The translations under genes were made by a program, and so were the position numbers. DNA of 64,000 bases from Capsulimonadaceae bacterium (GTDB taxonomy: Bacteria > Armatimonadota > Armatimonadia > Armatimonadales > Capsulimonadaceae). Below, piece after piece: positions 36,793 to 44,112 of the stretch. How positions within the stretch are numbered: the first letter of the stretch is position 1; every line of letters starts with the position of its first letter. The stretch is taken from the NCBI GenBank assembly GCA_965215505.1, contig OZ244065.1:64001-128000 (forward strand). The letters are read 5' to 3'. The notes under the pieces were generated by a model. That model was not told the DNA's origin. It saw only the letters and a program-made list of their open reading frames with translations, and ran no database searches.

Positions 36793-39291
36793 TTATGTTA
36801 GATTCGACGCCGACTGCCTTTCCACCTTCCATTCCAGGACGCCGCCGGAAAATCCGTCCTGCAACTGGATTTCGAGCTTCAGCGCGGTCGTGGTGACGAC
36901 GGGGAACGTGACCCGATTATACCCGTCCTCGTCCGTGCCATAGGCCGTCGCCGCCACGATTGGCTTGAACGTGTCGCCGTCTTTGTACAACAGCCGCCAG
37001 GACTTCGGGACGCGGCAGCCGCCGCCGCCCGCAGCGTCGTCGAACCAGTAGACCGAGACGCCCGACATGTGGACGGGACGGGGATAGTCGTACTGCACCC
37101 ACTCGGGCGTGCCCTTGTGGTCCCAGAAGGTCAGGCGCGGGACGGCCTGGTCGTTCGAGTCCTTCGGCTCCACGCCGTCCGCCACGGCACTGATGTCGTC
37201 GTGGATGAAGGACGCCGAGATCGCCATTTCGGGTTTGACGGGTGCCACCCACTCGTGCGCGTCCGGGCCGGTGCCGACGGTGGGGAAGGACGTGATCCGC
37301 AGGCGGGCCGCGCCCATCGGGATCAGCGTCACCGTTTCGACCGGCTGGGCCGTCCGGGCGGGGGAGGGCTGGAGGACGGAGACGACGTCGTGCCGGTCGG
37401 CCTGCCAGTTCGGAATGATGCGCGCCTTCGCCCGCAGCTCGACGGGGCTTGAGGCATGGGTCCAGGGGTTGTCGGACGGTCGCCCGCCCTTCCGCATTAT
37501 GTCAAAGGACTGTGCCGGGTTCGTTTTGTCCAATTCCAAGCCATAGTTCCAGGCGGAGTTCGGATAGACCTCGTATTCCGGCCACCGCTCCGTCCCGGCG
37601 TAGCGGTGCCACTTCTCACGGATCGCGAGCGAGTAGGTCAGCGGGCCGTGGTCAACCGAAACGGAGTCCTGGTTCTTCTCCCACGTCCGGACCGAGACGG
37701 CCATCGGTAGGTGCAGGGAGACGCTGTCGCCGGCCTGCCACTCGCGCTCCACAACGACGTAGCACTGCGCCCCGGCCCGGACCGCGACCGGCTTGCCGTT
37801 CACGCGGACGGTGGGCGCGCTGCACCATCCGGGGACGCGCAGGTATAGCGGGAACGAAACTGCCTGGGGCGCGTCTATTCTGAAGTTCACGGTGTCGCCG
37901 AACGGGTACTCCGTCTCCTGAGTCAGCGTCACCGACTGCCCATCGCCGACGCGGGCGCGGACCTCGGACGCGCCGTAGAGGGAGGCGCACAGGCCGCCGT
38001 CGGTCGTCGCCAGCCACATCTCCTGGGCGTAATAGGGCCAGCCCATGCCGTAGTTGTGCGGGCAGCAGCGGTAGTCGTGGATGCCGGGCTTTAACGCCTG
38101 CATCGGGAAGCCGTTCTGGAAGTCATTGCCCTTGGGCGTGTTGTCGAGCTGGATAGAATTGGCGCTGGTGATGTAGTGCGTCACCTTGCCCAACGGGTCG
38201 AAGGCGGCGGGCAGAGAGTTGAACGCGATGTACTCACAGCGGTCGGCCCAGAGCGGGTCGCCCGAAATGCGGGTCAGCATCTCGAAGGAGTGCATGAACT
38301 CGACGATGCCGCACGTCTCGAAGCCCTGGCGCGGGTCGCCGAAGCCGGGCCGGCTGTTCTCGTCGCCCGCGAACCCGCCGCCGGCGAACTGGCCGTAGAG
38401 GTCCATGACGTGGTCGTAGTTGCGGTAGACGGCGTCCAGGTGCCGCGCCTCTTTGGACTGGAGCCAGAACTGGGCAGGCTCCCGGAAGCCCTGGGAGACG
38501 TTGACGTTGTGCCAGGTCGGCATCCCGTTTGTGTAGTCCGCCGAGTTCTCGTGGATTCGTTTCGCCAGGTCCAGCAGCCACGTCCCCCCGGTGCGGTTAT
38601 ACAGCCAGTGGATGGTCTCGATGTTGTCGCCCCACCGCGCGCCCGCCCAGCTCTTGATGAACTGGCCCGCCGCAACCTGGTCCTGGAACTGGAAGTACTT
38701 GGTCAGGAAGGTGAAGACGTGCGTGTCGCCCGTATACTCGTGGTACGACTGCAAGGCGTTCAGGATCGGCATGTGCGGCCACATGTCCGGCCCGCCGTCG
38801 AGCGAGGTCCGCAGGTTCTTCGGCCCGAACCAGCCGTCCGGCGACTGACTCGCCATGATGCCATGCACCCACTTCGTCGCCAGCGCGATGATGCGCGGGT
38901 CGCCCAGGACATAGCCCAGGTCGCCGAACCCGCGCAGCCAGTACGGCACTTCCTCCCAGCCGTCCGACGAGTCCGCGTCCACCCAGCCGTTCCCCTCGTA
39001 CTTCAAATAGTCCGAGACTTCGGGCATTCGCCCGCACAAGCCCTCGGCCTGGAGCAAGAGCTGCTGCCGTATCCACCCCTTCGGCGTGACACTCCCCGTC
39101 GGCAGCTTGGTGAAGGCGGTCGGCGTCAGCGGCGCACGGTTGGGCGTGTAAAACCCGCCCGCCGCCGGCTTGGCCTGGCGCATCGTGCGCGCCCCGTCGG
39201 TCGTGGCCTTGGCCTGTCCGGCGGCACCGCTGGCTAACACGGCCCCGCCTGCGGCGGCGAAGCCCTTTTTCAGAAAATCACGTCGTTTCAA
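36793..39291 (-). CDS. Tat-exported GH127/GH146-like beta-L-arabinofuranosidase with C-terminal discoidin-like module
   Basis: KRRDFLK Tat motif; GFETCGIVE, RCCPHN, ETEYPF, LRVPGW, LIPMGAARLRI. Confidence 0.88.
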   Translation of the reverse strand: MKRRDFLKKGFAAAGGAVLASGAAGQAKATTDGARTMRQAKPAAGGFYTPNRAPLTPTAFTKLPTGSVTPKGWIRQQLLLQAEGLCGRMPEVSDYLKYEGNGWVDADSSDGWEEVPYWLRGFGDLGYVLGDPRIIALATKWVHGIMASQSPDGWFGPKNLRTSLDGGPDMWPHMPILNALQSYHEYTGDTHVFTFLTKYFQFQDQVAAGQFIKSWAGARWGDNIETIHWLYNRTGGTWLLDLAKRIHENSADYTNGMPTWHNVNVSQGFREPAQFWLQSKEARHLDAVYRNYDHVMDLYGQFAGGGFAGDENSRPGFGDPRQGFETCGIVEFMHSFEMLTRISGDPLWADRCEYIAFNSLPAAFDPLGKVTHYITSANSIQLDNTPKGNDFQNGFPMQALKPGIHDYRCCPHNYGMGWPYYAQEMWLATTDGGLCASLYGASEVRARVGDGQSVTLTQETEYPFGDTVNFRIDAPQAVSFPLYLRVPGWCSAPTVRVNGKPVAVRAGAQCYVVVEREWQAGDSVSLHLPMAVSVRTWEKNQDSVSVDHGPLTYSLAIREKWHRYAGTERWPEYEVYPNSAWNYGLELDKTNPAQSFDIMRKGGRPSDNPWTHASSPVELRAKARIIPNWQADRHDVVSVLQPSPARTAQPVETVTLIPMGAARLRITSFPTVGTGPDAHEWVAPVKPEMAISASFIHDDISAVADGVEPKDSNDQAVPRLTFWDHKGTPEWVQYDYPRPVHMSGVSVYWFDDAAGGGGCRVPKSWRLLYKDGDTFKPIVAATAYGTDEDGYNRVTFPVVTTTALKLEIQLQDGFSGGVLEWKVERQSASNLT

Positions 39292-39330
39292 TGCGCTGTT
39301 GGTTCCTTAAGGTGTATCACGAGCAGACCC

Positions 39331-39349
39331 TGCCATGAATGGCACGGCT
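39331..39349. repeat. Single arm of the REPIN family seen at 53301-53450
   Basis: TGCCATGAATGGCACGGCT, 19 bp identical to the arm at 53307-53325. Confidence 0.7.
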
Positions 39350-39552
39350 TATGTCCCATCCGGCACGCTCCACTTGTATTCGGGCCGCCGCTCCGGGTGC
39401 CACTGCACACGCGGGGGCGGCGTCGCTTCAGGCTGCTGGAAGGGCTGCCAGACCGGCTGGGGCGGCATGAAAATGACCGTTTCCCGCGCGAGGCGCTGTT
39501 GCGCTTCGCGCACGGCTTCTTCTATTCCTAGGTGATCCATCATGCTGTTCAT
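39349..39552 (-). CDS. Possible small hypothetical protein (67 aa)
   Basis: ATG 2 nt after the upstream stop; MNSMMDHLGIEEAVREAQQRLARE... Confidence 0.35.
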   Translation of the reverse strand: MNSMMDHLGIEEAVREAQQRLARETVIFMPPQPVWQPFQQPEATPPPRVQWHPERRPEYKWSVPDGT

Positions 39553-39554
39553 CA

Positions 39555-40304
39555 CTACACCTTCTGTTGCCCATGCAAAGATAACGAGGAGTCGTGGCTG
39601 CCATTCGACAACAGCCACTTCCGCATATCTACTTCCCCAGTAACACATCCATCACGTTCTATACACCAAAGGGGCGTCCAAGTTCTGTAAGCATTAGAAA
39701 CGAAGATTTGGAAAAATACTGGATCGCTTTGTATGGCGTGTCGGAGATAGTTCAACTCATGGATTTTCAGGACACGCGGCTCACTCGTGGAAAATCCCAC
39801 GGAATATTGATCGGGGAAGAAGAGTGCATTCGACGTTGCCTCACAGCGCCAGAAGTAGCCGCCGTTCGGTGATCCATCTGCCCATTCTCTCTTGAATGCC
39901 TTGCGTACTTCGGTGATTTTTGCCTGAACCCATCCCGTAGTCCCGAAATGCCCCGACGAATCGCCGATATAAACAGCAACCAAATCATCCTTATGAAATG
40001 TTTCCACCCGCAAGCGAGGAAGCACAGGTTTCTGGGAGGAGTTGGACAGATACCCGGATAGTTGATTAATCCCTCGGGCCAGCTCACGGAGTTCTGTATA
40101 ATCGGCATTCGCCGCCATCAACTTCTGAACTGTTTCTTGAGCGAGCTGAATGAGACGCTGGGTATTGGCAATACCGAGGCCGGCGATTTGTTCCCATCCC
40201 GTAATGCCTTGAAGCCGATGGTGCTGCTCGCCAAAGAGAGTGTCTAAAGCAGGTAAATCCTGGCCCACTGCCTCATTCATAGGTGCCGCTTTCTGCTCGT
40301 TCAT
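39555..40304 (-). CDS. Hypothetical protein, lower GC than flanks
   Basis: 249-aa ORF with AT-richer codons; a long ORF in lower-GC DNA is unlikely by chance. Confidence 0.7.
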   Translation of the reverse strand: MNEQKAAPMNEAVGQDLPALDTLFGEQHHRLQGITGWEQIAGLGIANTQRLIQLAQETVQKLMAANADYTELRELARGINQLSGYLSNSSQKPVLPRLRVETFHKDDLVAVYIGDSSGHFGTTGWVQAKITEVRKAFKREWADGSPNGGYFWRCEATSNALFFPDQYSVGFSTSEPRVLKIHELNYLRHAIQSDPVFFQIFVSNAYRTWTPLWCIERDGCVTGEVDMRKWLLSNGSHDSSLSLHGQQKV

Positions 40305-40409
40305 TGGTTTGTGCTTGTTTCTTGATTACGCTTAATGTGAAATGATCTGGCCTTGTTCTGACTCAGAACGAGAGATCAGCCAGTCTGAGGGGCGAGTGCC
40401 GCTGCTCCC

Positions 40410-40477
40410 GGCTAACACGGCCCCGTCTGCGGCGGCCAGGCCCTTTTTCAGACCTTTTTTCAGAACATCACGACGTT
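40410..40477 (-). pseudogene. Degenerate duplicate of the 5' end (Tat signal) of the GH127 gene
   Basis: Near copy of 39232-39288; translates ERRDVLKKGLKKGLAAADGAVLA versus KRRDFLKKGFAAAGGAVLA. Confidence 0.75.
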
Positions 40478-40516
40478 CCCTGTTCCCCAACCTCCTTCAT
40501 GTCCAGCTTTACGCGG

Positions 40517-41020
40517 TCATGCGTGCGTCAGGAGATTTTCCATATGACCCGTCAATCGAAAGATGTCCCGCCTATGCCATATATCACGGCCTTTGTCCCG
40601 CACGAAGAGAACTGCAATGCCGGCATCTTCCAGGGAAGAGGAGCCAAAGCCATCCTCGGGGACAGACAATTCAACACCGATGCCGATGGCCTCCGCCTCG
40701 GGTATTCCCTGACAGGCGACGGCAAGAGGCAGAAGAAGAAGGTCAAGCGGCTTCCCACTCCGCTTCGTCAGAAGGACGGTCGCTTCCTCGTCAAACTCCA
40801 CGAAGACTGCGGTGGAACGGCTCTCATGCATCCCCTGCGCGAAGAGCAGCCCCTCCGCCTGCTCGCCCGCGAGTGTCGCCCGAACAAGCCACTGGTGATC
40901 TTTCTGACGCGCCACTGCCACCAGCGTTTCCAGGGCAAGGAGGACACGCTGCATGGCCGCCTGTGGGTCGGTCATCCGAACGATGACCAGGCAGCCGACT
41001 GTCGGACCCGATCCAATCAT
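40517..41020 (-). CDS. Putative immunity/antitoxin partner
   Basis: 167 aa; ATGA overlap with the upstream colicin D-like ORF. Confidence 0.55.
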   Translation of the reverse strand: MIGSGPTVGCLVIVRMTDPQAAMQRVLLALETLVAVARQKDHQWLVRATLAGEQAEGLLFAQGMHESRSTAVFVEFDEEATVLLTKRSGKPLDLLLLPLAVACQGIPEAEAIGIGVELSVPEDGFGSSSLEDAGIAVLFVRDKGRDIWHRRDIFRLTGHMENLLTHA

Positions 41021-41322
41021 TTGATCTTCACCCCGGTGCGATAATGGCTTAGTTGTGCCGGCGAGGCATGACGCCAGGTTGATTCAAAAGTCCCATCCAG
41101 ATGTGTCACGACGACCTCCGTACCTGTGATGTGAAAGAGGCGGTTTCCCCGTGTGCCGTAGGGAGCACGCCAGATCTCAGACGCATTCGCGATGTGATCC
41201 GCGATGTGCTGCCCGAACGCGCTTAGTTGCTCCGGAGTGGGATTCCCGCTTGGCACCTGAATGCCCCAGTCGCTTCCGCGCCGTGCCGGAATGCTCTTCA
41301 GTTTGTTCAGGTACTCAGCCAT
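41017..41322 (-). CDS. Colicin D-like (tRNase fold) toxin domain protein
   Basis: GSDWGI...EQLSAFGQHIADHI...YGTRG...VVVTHLDGTFESTWR...SPAQL aligns by eye with colicin D AGDFGI...ETLTKFRDAIEEHL...GTYR...VVIIKSNGEFLSGWK. Confidence 0.6.
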   Translation of the reverse strand: MAEYLNKLKSIPARRGSDWGIQVPSGNPTPEQLSAFGQHIADHIANASEIWRAPYGTRGNRLFHITGTEVVVTHLDGTFESTWRHASPAQLSHYRTGVKIK

Positions 41323-41450
41323 GACATCCGTGTTCCGGCAGTCGAGATCAGCCGTGCCGATGTTCCATTTTGGAGAAGCTAGACAATCATTCTACTGCAT
41401 CCAGCACGAAACCCGCGCCATTGGCCTTGAAATCGCCCCTCCAAACCCCG

Positions 41451-43421
41451 TCACTGCCAGAACTGGTAAGTCGAGTTACCTGTCGCGATGCCCCAGATGT
41501 TGAGCAGGCTGCCGGGGATGAACTGGCCCAGGATGAGGCCGTAGAAGAACGGCAGGGCGCCGGTGAAGGTCCGCATTCCGCCGTAGCGCAGTAGCAGGAC
41601 CTTGGTGAGCCAGGCGATGAACAGGGGCAGCCAGAGCAGGTTCATCTCCCAGGAGCCGGAGACGGCGTAGGCCAGCGGGTGGAACGGCCACCAGAAGAAG
41701 CGGACGCGCATCGCCTGCAAGAAGGCGGCGAACAGGAAGCCGACGACGATGGCGAGCAGGGCGGGCGTGTTGCCTGGCTTGGGGGCCTTCAGCCAGCCCG
41801 CGTAGCGGTCCCAGCCCGACGTGTCGTTCCACTTCATGCCGTACAGGTAGTCGTTGTGCAGCAGCGCCCAGAAAGCGCACAGCATCCCGAAGCCCCCGGC
41901 CAGCAGCAAGGCCCAGAACCAGGCGCGCATCTCGCGCTTCGCGCCGGTCTGCTCGGCCATCTTGAACGCCTCCAACTGGAACGGCATCGGGTGGCAGCGG
42001 TAGGCGCGGTTGAACCAGAAGAACAGGCTGAAGGCGGCCAGGCCCCCCGGTGCCATGCCCTGAGTCCCCAGCACATCGGACAGCGCCCAGTCCGGGCCGG
42101 TGAAGTGCAGGTCATGGACGGGGGTGCCGAGTTCCGCCCGCATCCGCGTGATCGCCAGGGCCAGGGCGAAGTAGATCAGGAAGAACAGGACGGCCAGCCA
42201 CCAGGAAAGCCCGAGCGCGACCGAGAACGCGACCAGCCCGGCCAGGCCGCCCGCCATGCCGACAAACGCCCAGCGGTAGCGCATCGGCTCGTCCGCGTCG
42301 TCAACCTCCGAGGCGCGGCCCAGGGCGCGGGCGACGACGTGGCTGAAGTAGTGCCGGCTGATCCAGAGCGTCCCGACGAAGAACAAGAGGTACGCGCCGA
42401 ACGCCTGATAGTTGACGTAAGGCATCCGGGGGTCGGCGTCCCAGGCATTGGCGGCCACGACCACGGCCTGGAGCTTCCAGAAGATGTAAAAGAACCAGGA
42501 CGAGAACAGGAAGTCGAGCGGCATCAGCAGGCCCAGGCCGACCATGAACGGGTAGTAGGTGAGGGGCGTCCAGCTGATGGCGTTCCAGGGCTTGGTCGTG
42601 AACGATGTCCCCAGGTCCACCGCGTTGGAGGGCAGGATGGCCGGAACGCCGGGATAGTAGTAGTTCAGGGCGTTCGTCGTATCCAGGGCCGCCGCCAGGA
42701 AAAAGCCCAGCCAGAACAGGCGGCTCTTCGTCAATGGCATGGTGTTCCGGCCGCGCCCGAACGGCTGGGCGTCGGTGATCTCCAGGGGGATCTTGGTCAG
42801 CGGGTAGGTCAGCCGCTCGTTGTCCGTCCACTGCTTGCGGAGGAGGACGTTGACGCACTGCATGGTCCAGAGCAAAACGACGACGAAGCCGGTCCAGATG
42901 AGGATGGCGGGCAGCCAGGCGTGGATGGCCGCCGCGTCGAAGTGACCGTGGCCCAGGTAAAAAGCAGAACGCTTGTCAATGCCGGGCACCATCGCCCACT
43001 GCGGCAGGTAGCGCCCGAAGAGGGGCAGGTAGTTGTTGCTGGTGTTGGACTGCGCGAGCGGCCAGGTCAGGTTCGGGACCAGCATCTGGATGAAGTCGTG
43101 CCCGGCCATGCACGACCCGATGCAGAGCATGGCGTAGACCAGCAGCAGTTCCCCCTGCGCGAACGCCCAGCGCGGGCGGACGCGGGCGACAAGCCCGTTG
43201 ATGCCGGTCAGGACGACGAGGATGAAGACGCAGTTGAAGAACAGGGAGATGGTGGTCGGGTGGGCGGAGTACCGGATGTTCTCCATCATGACGACCCAGT
43301 AGGCGTTGACCGGCATCAGTGCCATGCCGAGCAGGAGGGCGCGCGGCGTCACGCTGCGCGCCCGAGTCGGCGTCTGCGGGGCGGGGGGAGCCGTCGTCGT
43401 TGATTTCGTCTGCGTGTCCAT
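41451..43421 (-). CDS. DUF6785/DUF6784-type polytopic membrane protein (OPT-like putative transporter)
   Basis: LLRKQWTDNERLTYPL, RMRAELG, WWPFHPLAY, PFFYGLILGQF; many TM helices. Confidence 0.75.
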   Translation of the reverse strand: MDTQTKSTTTAPPAPQTPTRARSVTPRALLLGMALMPVNAYWVVMMENIRYSAHPTTISLFFNCVFILVVLTGINGLVARVRPRWAFAQGELLLVYAMLCIGSCMAGHDFIQMLVPNLTWPLAQSNTSNNYLPLFGRYLPQWAMVPGIDKRSAFYLGHGHFDAAAIHAWLPAILIWTGFVVVLLWTMQCVNVLLRKQWTDNERLTYPLTKIPLEITDAQPFGRGRNTMPLTKSRLFWLGFFLAAALDTTNALNYYYPGVPAILPSNAVDLGTSFTTKPWNAISWTPLTYYPFMVGLGLLMPLDFLFSSWFFYIFWKLQAVVVAANAWDADPRMPYVNYQAFGAYLLFFVGTLWISRHYFSHVVARALGRASEVDDADEPMRYRWAFVGMAGGLAGLVAFSVALGLSWWLAVLFFLIYFALALAITRMRAELGTPVHDLHFTGPDWALSDVLGTQGMAPGGLAAFSLFFWFNRAYRCHPMPFQLEAFKMAEQTGAKREMRAWFWALLLAGGFGMLCAFWALLHNDYLYGMKWNDTSGWDRYAGWLKAPKPGNTPALLAIVVGFLFAAFLQAMRVRFFWWPFHPLAYAVSGSWEMNLLWLPLFIAWLTKVLLLRYGGMRTFTGALPFFYGLILGQFIPGSLLNIWGIATGNSTYQFWQ

Positions 43422-43500
43422 GCCGGCCCCTTCGGAGTAGTCGCTTTGCCTGCATGTTCGGCTTGACGGGCGCGGATTCCTTCTTTGCGTCTGCTCCCCG

Positions 43501-43956
43501 TCAATCTTCCTCAATAGGTGGGTCACGCACGATGGAGGGGTTATCGAAGTAGGAGTCGCTGTTCTCGTCGTGCGTGGAGACTTCCTCGATCACCGCCCCG
43601 GCGGGTGAGCCGAACGAGTGGCGGACGCCGGGCCGGATGGTGTAACGCTCGCCCGCTTCCAGCGCGACTGCTTCGCCGTCCGCGATCAGCTCGACCTCGC
43701 CGCGCAGGACAAAAAACGTCTCCTTCTTGAGCTTGTGGTAGTGGGTCGGGCACTCCTGGCCCGGCAGTAGGGTCAGCCACTTGCTGCAATACTCCGGCTC
43801 GTTGACCCGGACGACGATGCCCAGGCCTTCCAGGGCGAACTGATCCAGGCCAAAATCGGCGATCTCGATCTCCAGGGCCGGGGGGAGGGCAAGCCCGGCG
43901 TCCTCTAGCTGCCGCCGGGTCTTGGCCTGTGCGGCGGTCACTTCACTGCGTTTCAT
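43501..43956 (-). CDS. D-lyxose/D-mannose family sugar isomerase (cupin)
   Basis: YCSKWLTLLPGQECPTHYHKLKKETF, HSF, IEEVST...DSYF. Confidence 0.85.
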   Translation of the reverse strand: MKRSEVTAAQAKTRRQLEDAGLALPPALEIEIADFGLDQFALEGLGIVVRVNEPEYCSKWLTLLPGQECPTHYHKLKKETFFVLRGEVELIADGEAVALEAGERYTIRPGVRHSFGSPAGAVIEEVSTHDENSDSYFDNPSIVRDPPIEED

Positions 43957-43976
43957 GTTGATCCTTTGAGATATGT

Positions 43977-44101
43977 CACGGGGCTGAACCCCCGTGCCGT
44001 AGAAGTGCAAGCCCCCGCCTTCGCGGGCGAAGAGTCCGGACTTTCCGATGCCCGCGAAGGCGGGGATTTGCTTTATCGAAGCCCAGGGGTTCAGCCCTGG
44101 G
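43977..44101. repeat. REPIN-like long inverted repeat
   Basis: GGGCTGAACCCC / GGGGTTCAGCCC outer arms; CCCCGCCTTCGCGGGC / GCCCGCGAAGGCGGGG inner arms. Confidence 0.75.
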
Positions 44102-44112
44102 TACGATGCCGA

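Noticed and set aside
40499-41044. Plus-strand 181-aa ORF
   Set aside because: Antisense to the 167-aa ORF that is translationally coupled to the toxin-like gene; the minus-strand reading is preferred though not proven.
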